Below, piece by piece: positions 1-11,909 of a stretch of 64,000 nt of DNA; positions within the stretch are counted from its first letter, which is position 1; each line of letters starts with the position of its first letter. The notes beneath the pieces were generated by a model. It did no database searches. It had not been told where the DNA came from and worked only from the letters and a program-made list of their open reading frames with translations. The translations under genes and the position numbers were made by a program. Origin of the DNA: Squalus acanthias. Its lineage: Eukaryota. The DNA lies in contig CM059432.1 in assembly GCA_030390025.1 (NCBI GenBank), positions 73,472,001 to 73,536,000 of the forward strand, in the 5' to 3' direction.

Positions 1-64
1 TACTGATCCTAACTTCGCTGGTACTTTGGTTGCTGTCCTTCATAACTTTGCTTGCAAAGAGACT

Positions 65-1225
65 ATGGGGGCTGCACTGAATGGGGGCGTCGTCCTGCTC
101 CAGCTGAATCGGAGGACACAGAGACGCAGAGAGAGAGTGGCAATGATGGCCAGACGGAGGAGAGCCAACAGGCGTATGTACAGGAGAGCTTACCCTCCCA
201 GGGTATATCGTGAACAGCTCTCCTACATTCATATGTCTGAGGAGCTGTGTTTGCGAAGGCTGCGATTCAGCAAGGAGGTGGTCACTGAGCTCTGCCACCT
301 GCTGCAGCCAGATCTGCAGCCTCAACTGAGGTCCAGGACGTCTCTGTCGGTGGCAGTGAAGGTCACAGTGGCTCTCAACTTCTATGCTACTGGCTCATTT
401 CAAGCTGCTGCTGGGGACCTCGCCAATATCTCCCAGTTCGCGGTGCATTGCTGCATCCGGCAGGTCACAAATGCCCTCTTTAAAAGGAGACGAGAGTTCA
501 TCTCTTTCCCCATGACCCCAGACAAGCAGCGTGACCGCGCTCTGGGCTTTGCGAGGATAGCGGGCTTCCCCATGGTGCAGGGCGCCATTGACTGCACGCA
601 TGTGGCTTTGCGTGCTCCACATGAGAATGCCGAGGAATTCCGGAACAGAAAGGGGTTCCATTCCTTGAATGTTCAGTTGGTCTGTGACCACAGACAGCTG
701 ATACTCGCTGTCAATGCCCACTATCCTGGCAGCTGCCACGATGCTTTCATCCTGCGCCAGACTACTGTGGCAGAACTTTTCGAGGCACCGCATCAGCCAG
801 TTGGTTGGCTTCTCGGGGACAAGGGGTATCCATTGAGCACCTGGCTGATGACACCGCTCCGTACGCCCAACACCCCTGCTGAGCTGCGGTACAACGAGAG
901 CCATCAAGCTACCAGGAACATCATTGAGCGCACAATCGGCGTGCTGAAGCAACGGTTCCGCTGTCTCGACCATTCTGGAGGAGCCCTGCAGTACTCGCCT
1001 GAGCGAGTATCCAACTTCGTAGTTATGTGCTGCATGTTGCATAACATGGCAATCGTCAGGACCCAGCCAATGCCACCAGGCCTTGGAGCACCACCAGAGG
1101 AGGAGGAGGAAGAGGAGGAAGAGGATGAGGAGGATGATCATCAGCAGCACCAAGGCGGGAGGGCGGCCCACAATGGTGAAACTGCAAGGGCCGTCCGTCA
1201 ACGGCTGATAGCAAGCCGCTTCTAG
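65..1225 (+). CDS. Harbinger/HARBI1-like DDE transposase, uninterrupted (first ATG at 65; ORF track opens at TTG 26)
   Basis: Motifs [60 protein letters not shown] and CCMLHN; N-terminal helical (HTH-like) region; acidic tail; TAG at 1223-1225. Confidence 0.95.
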   Translation: MGAALNGGVVLLQLNRRTQRRRERVAMMARRRRANRRMYRRAYPPRVYREQLSYIHMSEELCLRRLRFSKEVVTELCHLLQPDLQPQLRSRTSLSVAVKVTVALNFYATGSFQAAAGDLANISQFAVHCCIRQVTNALFKRRREFISFPMTPDKQRDRALGFARIAGFPMVQGAIDCTHVALRAPHENAEEFRNRKGFHSLNVQLVCDHRQLILAVNAHYPGSCHDAFILRQTTVAELFEAPHQPVGWLLGDKGYPLSTWLMTPLRTPNTPAELRYNESHQATRNIIERTIGVLKQRFRCLDHSGGALQYSPERVSNFVVMCCMLHNMAIVRTQPMPPGLGAPPEEEEEEEEEDEEDDHQQHQGGRAAHNGETARAVRQRLIASRF

Positions 1226-1354
1226 GGCCCCTGCTGTGGAAATGGCTTCTGCCATTGCTAACAACATCAATGAACCCAGCACGCAACCCCTAAGCCGGCC
1301 AAGGCACCAATGATTCCAAACACCAAACATGTATATTTTGAATACAAAAACTTA

Positions 1355-1510
1355 TTTATTTTACAAACTCTGTGTGTGTCATTTCCTCATGACAAACTCA
1401 TAGAAATAAACACAAAAAAACAGTCATTAACATAACTGGTTCTCACAACCTGGAGATAATGTCCAAAACACTAGACAAAAGTTGGACCACGAACCTCGGC
1501 CTTTAATAAA
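1355..1510. terminator. Candidate opposed polyadenylation signals between the convergent Harbinger genes
   Basis: TTTATT at 1355-1360 (AATAAA on minus) and AATAAA at 1405-1410 and 1505-1510 in the AT-rich intergenic spacer. Confidence 0.5.
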
Positions 1511-1537
1511 AAAATGACCAGCATTTTGTCACACCTC

Positions 1538-3357
1538 CTACTTTTTGCCCTTCGAGGGTGATCTCCTTCCCTTGCGCACTTCCCCCCTTCTAACCCTACT
1601 GCTCCTCCGTAATGGGACCTCAGTGGCTGCAGCAAGGCTGGTGGAAGGCTGCTGATTGTCAGACCCTGACACTGCAGATGCCCCTGAAGGACGGCCTCGA
1701 CCAGTTCTGGGCCTGGAGGGCCCGGCTGCAGACTGCACCAACTCTGCATGGGCGGCAGCAGTCTGTCCTACAGGCGGTGGCAAGTGCAGTGGAGAAGTGA
1801 CAGTGTTGGCAGCAGGAATGCTGTAATCGTGAGAGAGGACAGCAACTCCCTGCTCGACCGACACACTGGCACTCCCACGGGGCAGCACTTCAGCATCCGG
1901 AGCAATCTGCTGGAGCACAGATTGCTGGCCTGCTGCGGCGCGGTGAGAGCCCCGGGGACATGTGAACGAACCATCGAGGTTGGCAGCAGTCAGTGCTCGC
2001 GTGGCCTCAATCTGAGTCTGCATGAGAGCAGTCAGAGATGGGATCACGGCAGTCAGTGACTGAATTGCAGCACTAAGCATTAGTGTGGCATCTGCCTGTG
2101 CTACAGCGAAGTGCTCCACACTCCTTGCCAGTGACTCAATGCATTCAGGCACCCTTCCCACTGCACCCATGAGCTCAGTGTGCATGCCCACCGCCTGGGT
2201 GTTCATTTCTGCGATCAGCCGCTCCTCCTCTGCGTCCATTGCAGTAGGAGTCGCTGGCATACTCTCCCTCTGGGGAGAAGGCCCCCGTTCTTCCCTACCC
2301 CCATGGCGTTGCTGCAGCCCGCTGGGTCCTGGAGCTTCACCCTCATCAGACCCTTCCCCCCTGCTCCCCTCCAGGGAAGGCGTGTTCCCAGTGTGGGCAT
2401 GGGCTTCCTCGGGAGAGGGTGGCACTGATGCTCCGGCTTCCTCTTCCTCCTCGGCTGCAGCTTCACTCCCACTGGCAGCTTCAGGGCCCGTCTCCTCAGC
2501 TGGTGAATCACCATCTGAAAGCAGGGAGGTACAAGAGTGGCTTTAGCGTGAGGACAGGGTGGCAGTAAGGGAGGAATAAGTGCAGCGAGTTAGCAAGTTG
2601 GATTGAAAGTGTCAAAGGCTGGTGTTGTGAGGGACAAGTGGAAGGACAGAGGACAAAAAGGTGATGACCTTACCATTGCTGTCCAGAACGGGGTCGGCGT
2701 CTCCAGTGGCGACGGGACCGATCACCCGGCTTGCCACAATCCTGTGGACGCGCTCCTCAAGATCGCTGAGGGGTTGCAGCTGAGGCCGCCCTCCACCTGT
2801 CCGTTGCTGCTGTCTCCTATTATGCGCCAGCTTGGCCTGCAAGAAAAAGGACAGCATCTGAGTAAATATACAGCCATGGTCTTGCCTGATGTGCCTCCCA
2901 TAGGTGAATAGCCCTTACTGTATGCAGCCATGGTCTTGCCTGATGTGCCTCCCATAGGTGAATAGCCCTTACTGTATGCAAAGTGTGGAATGTGTGTGTT
3001 TGTTTCATGAAAGGGCCATAGGTGTTGGATGAGTGTTGTGCATTGGGGTTTTAAGACCCTCTGGCCATAGAGTGAGGTTGAGATGGAGGGATGGAGAGGT
3101 ATTGAGAAAAAGCCACTCACCCTGACAACCCGAGTGAGGTCGTTGAACTTTTTGCGGCATTGAACATGGGTCCTGGGCACCATGCTCCTGGAGGAGACGC
3201 TCTGAGCCACCTCCCTCCACACTCTTCTGTACTCGCGTGGCAAAGGCCTCCTGCCACTCTCAGGGAAGAGTATACATCTTCTGCGCTCCACCGCGCCAAC
3301 CAGAGCATCCAAGGCCCGCTCGGTGAAGCGCTGAGCTCGTTCTCTCACCCTCTCCAT
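1538..3357 (-). CDS. Harbinger Myb/SANT-like (MADF/trihelix) DNA-binding partner, 3 exons: 3357-3121, 2836-2674, 2514-1538 (458 aa)
   Basis: Exon 1 RFTERALDALV...VWREVA...QCRKKFNDL. Donors AGG|GTGAGT and ATG|GTAAGG; acceptors TTTTTCTTGCAG and CTGCTTTCAG. Phases 0 and 1 join into ORF 1538-2425 without stops; basic NLS-like C-terminus RRSSRVRR...KGKK. Confidence 0.88.
2871..2978. repeat. Perfect 54-bp tandem duplication in intron 1 of the Myb gene
   Basis: CAGCCATGGTCTTGCCTGATGTGCCTCCCATAGGTGAATAGCCCTTACTGTATG occurs twice in tandem. Confidence 0.95.
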
Positions 3358-3989
3358 CCTTGGCAGCAAAATGGATTCACAGGTCTCTCCAGGCCGAGAT
3401 TCAAGGCTGCAATGAGCAGGGTGTGGCTGGGGAGCAAGATGCCCCCCCCCACCCCTTTAAGAACTGGCCGGCGCCAGTGTGTCTGTGTTCCCTCGCTAAC
3501 TGGCAGCACCTGCGCTGCGCTCGCGCGCTGAGTTAGCGCCTCACTGCTCGGCCTTTGCGCCTTAAGACAGGTGTGCAGCGCCTGATTTAGTGCTCCACTC
3601 ACCTCCCGGGGCGGTAAAAGTGAAGTTTCCAGTCAGTGGCGATAATTAGCGCCAGGCGCTAATTTTTGCGTCCAGACGATATTTGCGCCCCAAATGGGGC
3701 GCGACCTAATTTTTCCCCCCATGAGTTTAGTAATTTTCTTTTCCACTTACCAGTTAAAATTGAAAGGAACAGCTGACCCGAGTCAAAGCAAACTGTAGTA
3801 GCTCTTCCATATCTTTTTATTCTCTTATTGACTACTCGCTTAGATCTAATCTTAAACTGCAACTGCTTAATTCATAGAAAATATCCATGATCACCATATC
3901 ACTTGATTTTGTAACCCTACCAAAAATAATGTTCCAATGTAATTGTTACCTCTAGCAAAGTCAGGTGCTTTACTCCACCATAATCCATA

Positions 3990-5465
3990 TCTATTGATCT
4001 CAGTCTTCAAAATCACAGTTGACCCAGCACCACAGGGTTTTGCAATACTGCAGATGGGGTCTGACCAAGGCTCTGTACAATTGAAGTATCACTTCCTCAC
4101 TTTTGAATTTAAACCCCCTTGAGATAAAGGCCAACATTCCATTAGCCTTTTTGATTACTTTTTGTACCTGTGCACTAGCTTTTAGTGATCTGTACACATG
4201 GATACCTAAATCCCTTTGCTCCCCCACAGCTCCTTGTCACTTATCACTAAGAAAATATTCCAATTTGTTTTTCTCAGATCCCCACATTGAACTCCATCTG
4301 CCATAATTTTGCCCACTCACTAAGTCTATGGGCTGGATTTTGATACTGGGGACGTGATGGAGGCAGGACTCCCACTTTTTGGGTTGTAGACCCGCCTCCA
4401 TCGACTTGTGGCCAACCCACTGTATTTTCACTTGATTGATCTTGTTGAGCCCACCCAGTGAGCTCAGCAGGCCAATTAAGGGCCACCCGGCAACAGGTGA
4501 CGTCACAGATTGACATTTCATCTGTCAAGAGCTTTTGACAGATGAAATATCAGCGTTTGACAGCTCTGTGAAGCTGTCAAAACACTGACAATTTCTCTTC
4601 TAACTTGAGTCCTTCCTCTCAGGCTGAGTTAGAAATCATTCCAGCACAGAAAACAGAGGCTGAACTTTTGACAGCACCACGGCCTTTCTGCGTTCTGTGC
4701 CGGTGAGATTTCTAACTCCCGAGACCTGAAGGGCTGACACCTGCAGGAGGAAGTTAAGGTAAGTAAAACTTTTTCCCACACTTTGCATTAACCTTACACA
4801 CGTCCCTCTGCACACATGCACCCATCACTCACCTGACCACCAGACATATCGACCCCTCCAACCACTGCAGACCCACGGTCCGCCTCGCTAACTTGGTGTG
4901 GTTGGGACCTGTCGGGAAGCCCACATTTTAGCTTTCAAAATAGGGATTAGGCAAAAAACTGCCTGTTAACTACCTGTTAACAGGCAGTTAATTGTCACTA
5001 ATCCCCTTCCCGCCTCGGGGAGGCGGGTCCCAGCACAGGCCGGGTACCCGCCTCCAGCGAAACTGGCATGGAGGCGGGTTGGGGGCGGGATGGGGTCGGG
5101 ACCCCCGAATCTGCAACTTTAACCCCCACACGCCTCCAAACCCGCCTCCACGGGTCAATGAAAATCCAGCCCTATGTCCCTTTGTAACTTCCTGCTCCCA
5201 TCCACACAACTTATTGTGCCTCCTAACTTAGTGTCATCTGCAAACTTGGATATAACTCTCTATTTCTTCATCCAAGTCATTGATATATATGGTGAAAAGA
5301 TGAGGCCCCAGTACAGATCCCTGCGGAACACCACTTGTCACATCCTGCCAATCAGAGAACAAAGCCTTTATCCCTAATCTCTGTCTCCACCCTCCTAACC
5401 AATTACTGACTTATCCCACAAAGTTACCTCCATTCCGTGATCTCTCATTTTTTCCTAATAATCTC
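3990..5465 (-). mobile_element. CR1 LINE RT/3' fragment, interrupted by MITE 4330-5172
   Basis: Translations QRDLGIHVYRSLK..KKANGMLAFISRG..LYRALVRPHLQYC and LSEWAKLWQMEFNV; FADD-region DNA resumes after 5175. Confidence 0.88.
4330..5172. mobile_element. Harbinger-type MITE (family A)
   Basis: Perfect TIR GGGCTGGATTTT / AAAATCCAGCCC with TAT TSD on both sides; splits a CR1; homologous to 39516-40359. Confidence 0.93.
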
Positions 5466-5469
5466 CACC

Positions 5470-5757
5470 CCCATCTTCATAATCTTCATCCTCTTCAGCT
5501 TTTGAAAGCAACACACCTTATATCATTACAATATTATGTAACAAGCAGCAAGCTGTACTGATTCTGGAGATTCTCACTGGACTGTTTAGTAAGGCTGCTC
5601 CAGATATATCCAGAAACCTAAAATGACCATTCAGGATGCCTCTAGTTTGTGCTTCTTGCACTTCTTGATCTTGCATGGGCCTCATTATATTCTGTTGTCT
5701 CCTTCTGCTGGTGGAAGCCTCACTGGAATCATTGGTCATGACAGCGGGGGATAGCCC
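5470..5757 (-). pseudogene. Harbinger transposase C-terminal remnant
   Basis: GILNGHFRFLDISGAALLNSPVRISRISTACCLLHNI aligns to the C-terminus of the 65-1225 protein. Confidence 0.8.
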
Positions 5758-5769
5758 TAATCATAAATC

Positions 5770-6410
5770 AACCTGAAATAACAACAGAAAGCGCTGGAAA
5801 AACTCAGCAGGCCAGACAACATCCATGGAGAGAGAAACAGAGTTAACGTTTCAGGTCGAAGACCCTTCGTCAGAACTGAGAAAAAAGCAGGAAATGAAAC
5901 AGATGAAGTTGGAGGCTGGGGGAAGGAATAAAAGAACAACAGGGGAGGTCTGTGAGGAGTAGAGACATTAAGAGATGCTCAAGGCGAGATGAGATGGTAA
6001 TAGGACAGGTTAAGAAACAAAAGATGGCTCAGAAGTGTGAAATGCGCTGGCAGAATGAAAGACAGCTGCCATGGGGGAGAGAGAAAAAAAAGGGAAAAGG
6101 CACATACCAAAGGTGTGGATAAAATATATATATATATATATGGTAGGGGTCGAGGTTATGATCTGAAATTGTTGAACTCGATATTGAGTCCAGAAGGCTG
6201 TAAAGTGCCTAATCGGAAGATGAGGTGCTGTTCCTCGAGCTTACGCTGAGCTTCCGTGGAACAATGCAAGAGGCCGAGGACGGTGAGGTCTGAGTGGGCG
6301 TGGAGCGGTGAATTAAAATGACAAGCGACCGGAAGCTCGGGGTCACCCTTACGGACTGAATGGAGGTGTTCCGCAAAGCGGTCACCCAATCTGCGTTTGG
6401 TCTCCCCAAT
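5770..6410 (-). mobile_element. Penelope-like retroelement 3' fragment (GIY-YIG C-terminus plus pseudo-LTR region)
   Basis: IGETKRRLGDRFAEHL...VACHFNS...RKLEEQHLIFRLGTLQPSGLNIEF; hammerhead motif downstream. Confidence 0.88.
5841..5877 (-). ncRNA. Minimal type I hammerhead ribozyme motif
   Basis: Minus strand reads AGUU-CUGACGA-AGGGUCUUCGACCU-GAAACGUU-AACU: core boxes, stem II, and stem I AGUU/AACU. Confidence 0.75.
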
Positions 6411-7329
6411 CAACCTTCCTGATACATGGCTCCAAGTCATGAGAGCTAGTACAGTAGATTATCAGATGATGAAACACCATGACAGCTCCCTAGGGAATGG
6501 ACATTCATATGCAGGATAAGGTGATTGGCATTGCACACTAGCTGCACACTAATGGAATGAAAGCCTTTCTGATTCATGAAATTGAGAGGGTTGTCATATG
6601 GGGCTTTGTGTGCCACATGCATTCTGTCAATTGCTCCTTGTAACTGTGAGAACTCTGGCAGTTTATAGAACTGGATAGTTCTTTCTCTCTCTTGCCCCGA
6701 TTTTAATCCTACCCGCCCGACGGGAACAGTGCAGTTGGAAGATTAATGTGATGGTCAAGCAATACCCACAGTGTACCCCCGCTGTTTTAACGCCCGTGTT
6801 TTTGGGAGAGTCGAGACAACCCTCCCCCAATGATTTAAAATTCAGGGTCCGATGACGTAATTCGGACATAACATGAATTTAACTAAGAATTGTGCGAAAG
6901 CAGGCTTGGGGCCGGAAGCAACCCAGGCAAGTTCAATTTTGTACCTTTTTTACATTTTCTTGGGTCTACTGGGATAAAAATCAGTCAGGTTCTACAACGG
7001 GTAGCTGATCGCACTGCTAGGTTACCGCCCAGGCAGTGAAGTTGAAAATTGCCCCCTGTGAATCAGGTGCTGGAATGTACTCTGTGGAGCTCCTAGGCTG
7101 TTCATCAGATCTTTCTAAATGTCCAGCACACAAGTGAAGGAAACAAGGATATTCAATTTAGGAGGGTGCAGTGTGGGGGAACCCTTCAACTTGGGAACAT
7201 CTGTTTTACCTCCAAAAAATGAATGCTAAGGCACACCTATTTGGCACACAGAATATGCCTGTCATCACTTTGAATCTGGGCTTCTTATAGGTGTCCAGCA
7301 CGCCCACCTGAAATCAGTGGATGCTTTTA

Positions 7330-8930
7330 CAGTAAAGTGGCGCAGGGCTATGCTGACAATGGCAACAAGACTGTGAATGGGAGTATTACCTTAGCAGCCC
7401 AGTTCAGGTCATTGAACTTCTTTCTGTACTGCTTCCAGGTCCAAAGGATTAAACTTCTGGCATTGACAGGCTCAGCCACTTTGGACCATCCTTCCCTGGC
7501 AGTGTGGCAGGGCACTCTTCTCACATCTGATGGATATATGATATTCTTCTTTCTCCTTACTTCATCTAGTAAATCCTCCAGGCCATATCAGAGAATCTGT
7601 GCACTCCCCCAGTTGATATTTCTTGCCTTCCAGTCCAGAAGCAGCCTTCAGTTGAGCTCCACAATGAGCACTGCAGGCTGGTGCAGGCCACCAGGAACTG
7701 ACGTCAGGCCCGTCGAAAATCCCTCCTCCCCCAGTTGGCGAGATGTCCAATTATCAGGGTGATTTCTGCTGACAGCTCACCCATCAAAGTTAATTGAGGT
7801 GCAAGTTGAAAGTCTCCCCCATAATATTTGAATCAGAAGATGTGATTGAGCAATGATAGGAGGGCTTTCAGAATGTCTGAAGACAATAAACACTCACAGT
7901 GCTGTAAATGGTGCATCCCATTGCCAACCTGAGCCTGACAGCTCTTCCTCAACTTTTCCATTCCCTATTGCCGGTGTGTCTGCTGAGGTGGAGAGCCTCC
8001 TGCTCATGTTTACTCAGAGGCCTGATGGTTGTCGTTCCTCCACCCATGGCAGTCTTTTGCCTTTGGTTGGGTCCATGCTTTTCCTTTGCAAAGAACACAA
8101 AGATTTAGATAAGTTACAAACTAATTCCATTATGATAATTCTTTCAGGTGCAGGCATTGTAGCAATCTCTCCACTTTTCACTCGAACACTGCAAAAATGT
8201 GATATGGGAGAGTGGAATGGTAGGAAAAGATGTGTGGCTTTGAAGGGGGAAGGGTTTTGTGAGGGTATCTTGTGCTTAATAACGGTCTCATTCATCTCTT
8301 CTTTTACACTGTTTGGAGGTGAATAATGCTTCCAATGTTATTTCAGCATCTGCATGAGTACTTATGCCTTCACTTACTTTGACCAATCTCTTGGGGTCAT
8401 TAAAATGTTTACGGCACTAAGTAGTCACATGTGGGTGGTTAGGGTTGCCAGCTTTGGTTGGATGTATTCCTGGAGGTTTTATCACCTCGAACTGCCCCAC
8501 CCTCATGCTGCTGCTATTGGTCGGCCAACATGTCCACCTTTCTCCATTAACTGTGGGAGCAAACAGAGTCTTCATTACCCGCTTGGATGATTCCCAACTG
8601 TTTGTCAAACAATATTCTTATAAGTACTAAACAAAAATGAAAAAAACACATAATTGATGTTTTTTTAATACCTTTAATTCCTGGAGACTCTGGACAATCC
8701 TGGAGGGTTGACAACCCTAGGGGTGGTTCAGGTGGCACTGACAGCAGAAGCCATTCCCTCCAAAATACCTGAAATTCCTTTTTCTAGAGATTCCTTTCAT
8801 TGGTGCCAAAACGCCTAGCTTGTCTTCCTCTTATCTCTGCCAACATGACCTTCACTGCAGCTTCAGAAAATCACAAGGCTTTGGCCTTTGCACACTCCCC
8901 TGATGTTGTTCTTCCTTCTGTCATTGAAAT
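7330..8930 (-). pseudogene. Old, decayed Harbinger Myb gene interrupted by a hAT MITE
   Basis: Remnants FSEAAVKVMLAEIRGR (~8810-8870), CRKHFNDPKRLVK|GTAAGT (~8377-8417) and exon-2-like EKHGPNQRQKTAMGGGT...LSKHEQEAL (~7990-8085). Confidence 0.65.
8440..8719. mobile_element. hAT-superfamily MITE
   Basis: TIR TAGGGTTGCCA / TGACAACCCTA with an 8-bp TSD TGGGTGGT / GGGGTGGT (1 mismatch). Confidence 0.85.
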
Positions 8931-10349
8931 TCTTACTTGAACTCTTGCTTTCTCTCTCTCTCGCTCTCTGTCCTTCTAATCCAAATGCTGTGCTTCTGGG
9001 CATGTAATTTGCAGCAGCCTTGAAGTTCTGCAACTAAGCCAGATTTCCATCCCTCACAGCAGCAGAGAACTAGTCAGGAATGGGATTTCTGCTGTAAACA
9101 CATCCTGCATGAGAAATAAGCTCCTCTCAATGTCAGGTGTCCATGGAATCACATGGACAGGCGGAAGTCTCACCCTATCATTTCTCCAATGTGCTCAGGA
9201 AAATCCAAGCCTTACAGTCTTTGGAAAGACTCAAAAGACATCTCAACTTTTACTAAGGCTTAAAGAAGGTGAGGGGGGCGGGGGGTGGTGGTGGTGGTGG
9301 TAAGAAGTGACAGGCAAAATGAATTTAAAGGAAATCCAGTGTGAAAGCATAAAAGAAAGCAGCCCAGACACTGATCCCCTGTTTAACAGGTGCTGAAATG
9401 GAGCTGGTGCTGTATGAGGTGATTGTGGGGAGATTGGCCCTCGTTGCCAATCAAGATCACCATGCCCACACTTCAAGATTACGGTTAACCTGGAATGTGC
9501 TGGAGGCAGGTTTAAGACCTTAGCTGACTTTTGTTGTCACTGACTGTACCAGTCCTATGCTGCATCCTAGCTGCAGGTATCCTTGCACAGGATACATAGC
9601 ATTGCATATGGCTTTTTGTCTGCAATGACTGTCCCTCACAGTCATTCCAGGTAGGTGTGCCAGTGCCTGTAGATATAAATGGCGGCATCTTGATGCATAC
9701 AGCTAGTCAGGCTATGTTGGACAACCTGGAATGCCTTATTTTATCCAGTACCGCCTGAAGCATAAAATTCTATGATTGGGATGCTACTGAAGAACTATCC
9801 AGCATTAAGGTTAGTCAGGCCTTCGTGTATCGTGTATGTGCCATTGAGTCTATTGTCACAGTCTCTCATAGGAATTGAAGCCACTGCATCATTAATTCTC
9901 TGGCAAAATGTGATTTGTATACCTATGTGTACAGATGAAAGTACTGGCAGGTGTGCACCGAGCACCTCTGGTGCAGCCTGGTCTGGTTGGCATTCCTCCA
10001 TTGGTCCTCTTCTTCCTCCACAAAGCAAAGATATAGGGGAAATTCCTATTGGGAAACCCACTATGGCACTAATGGTGCTGATTTTTTTAAAAAGGCAACA
10101 TCAGACCAATTGCAACAAAATCTCCTGAAAGCCTGACTGGCAACAGAAAAAAAATCATGAAAAAAATCAAGAGAAATGGCTTGCAAACTGTTCATTGAGT
10201 CTTCTTACTCGGCCCTTTAAATGAACTTCTGTATATTTCCTAGCAATCCTGGATGGCCGTAAAGAGCAGTCAACATCCTGTACACATGGAATTAAGTCAC
10301 CCCTTCCAATTGTAATATAGTGAAGCTCCAGCCCGTTTCAGCAGAACTT

Positions 10350-10740
10350 GGGATCAGCCTTGGCTCAGTGGTAGCATTCTTGCCTCTAAGTCTGAGGTTG
10401 TAGATTCCAGTACTACTCCAGAGATTTAAGCACATAATCTAGGCTAACACTTCAGCGTGGTACTGAAGGAGTGCTTCACTGTCAGAGTGTGACACCCTTG
10501 GGATGAGATGTTAAACTGAGGCCCAATCGGCCCTCTCAAGTTAACATAAAATATCCCATGGCACTATTTGAAGAAGAGCAGGGTAGTTCTCTTGCTGTCC
10601 TGACCAAGATTTATCTCTAAACCAACCCCATCAAAAGCAGATGATCTGGTCATTTATCTCATTGCTATTTGTAGGAGCTTGCTGGGCACAAATTGGCTGC
10701 CACGTTTATCTACATTACAACCGTGACTACACTTATTAAG
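10350..10740 (+). mobile_element. tRNA-derived Deu-domain SINE (SacSINE1/AmnSINE-like)
   Basis: A-box-like TGGCTCAGTGG head; core GATGAGATGTTAAACTGAGG...CCCATGGCACTATTTGAAGAAGAGCAGGG...AAATTGGCTGC shared with four other copies. Confidence 0.8.
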
Positions 10741-11909
10741 TTTGGCGTTGCCTCAGCAACATGTCAAACAAGGAGTTGCTCTCAGGAATATTTGTAACAA
10801 ACCTGCTACCATATTCAGATGAAATTTCTCTTTGTGCTATAGGGTTTAATTTCCAGTGTATGTGATTTTTTGTGCATTGTTAATGCATTTGTGGCAAGTT
10901 CTTGCCTGTGCTATTTTAAAACAGCTGTTAACATAAATGGGTTAACTACATTGTTAAAATAACGCAGACAGGAAATTAACAGAAATGTGTGGTCATTTTA
11001 CCATCTGTCAAAGTATATTCATTCCCTTCCTTTCTTTATTTCACAAATCCTTTTTATCTGAAATTAATCCTTTCTATTCTATTATTGTTGCTTTAATTCC
11101 TTCTAAGTATCTATCCTTTATTCTATCTAGCTGTCTATCTGTGTCTTCTCTTTATTTTTAACAAAGATCCTTCAGAGTTACATATCCAAATTAAATAGTA
11201 TCTAAAAGCATGTTGTTTGAATACTTTGAATCAAAAAATTAACAGCTCAGCTTAACCTGCTACAGGATCTAAAATGGTAATTTATCTTTTGCCCAAACTC
11301 CTATCATCCAGAAATATGCTTAAACAATGTCCCACATTATGAAGTAATTAGAATCACATATCCTTGCTCCAAATATCACATTCATGTGTTTCAATGTATC
11401 TATGAATTGTTATTAGCTGGTAGTAATAGGACTCATACCATTGATGTGATATCAATAGGAAGGACAGGTAGTAAAATTCTCTTTGGCTGAAATTAAAAAT
11501 AGGCAAAAATATGAAATGTATTTCTGGGGAATTATGAAAATCCTGTAGAGACCAGACAATAAAATAACAATCCTGCATAATATCAGATTATCTATTTTTG
11601 GCAATTTAACTGCTAGCTTCTCCCCCTCCCCCAACTGCCTTAGGGTTATTCTGGTAATCTAACAGACCTTCGCTGTAAGAATGTTCCTTTTTGAAACCAG
11701 AACATTTAATGTCCTTATGGAAAGAAATGAACAAACTGCCAGGCAAAAAATTGTATGAAAAGCACTCTCATCAATTTAATCTTTTGGCTAGCTACAATAT
11801 GAAAAATGCCATTTGAAAATAACAACAGCAATAGCATGTAGGAAAAATGAAAACAAAAATTAAAAGCTGATGTAGTAGCTTTGTTTTTCAGGCTAAAAAT
11901 AACTAAATG

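Larger units (their letters stand above)
1..3719. mobile_element. PIF/Harbinger DNA transposon, apparently autonomous (left end outside window)
   Basis: Convergent transposase and Myb/SANT genes, the canonical Harbinger layout. Right terminus AATTTTTCCCCC at ~3708-3719 with GC-rich subterminal TAGCGCC/GGCGCTA repeats; same terminus as MITE 46308-47058. Confidence 0.92.

Noticed and set aside
65..1225. Domesticated host gene HARBI1 or a bacterial IS5 transposase
   Set aside because: It sits with a convergent intron-containing Myb gene and a TIR, among many decayed paralogs, so it is a eukaryotic transposon; no gene symbol assigned.
395..1330. 311-aa antisense ORF (and similar shadow ORFs over TE genes)
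   Set aside because: Antisense to the transposase with no recognisable motifs; the Leu run is the complement of the Glu/Asp tract.
3750..3865. Possible host exon with strong minus-strand donor CTG|GTAAGT
   Set aside because: Weak acceptor and no recognisable peptide; insufficient support.
6690..7056. Additional decayed MITE-like segments (also ~14365-14890, 31370-31757, 33472-33527, 62810-63555)
   Set aside because: Partial ..GATTTT/AAAAT.. termini are visible, but paired TIRs and TSDs could not be fixed confidently.
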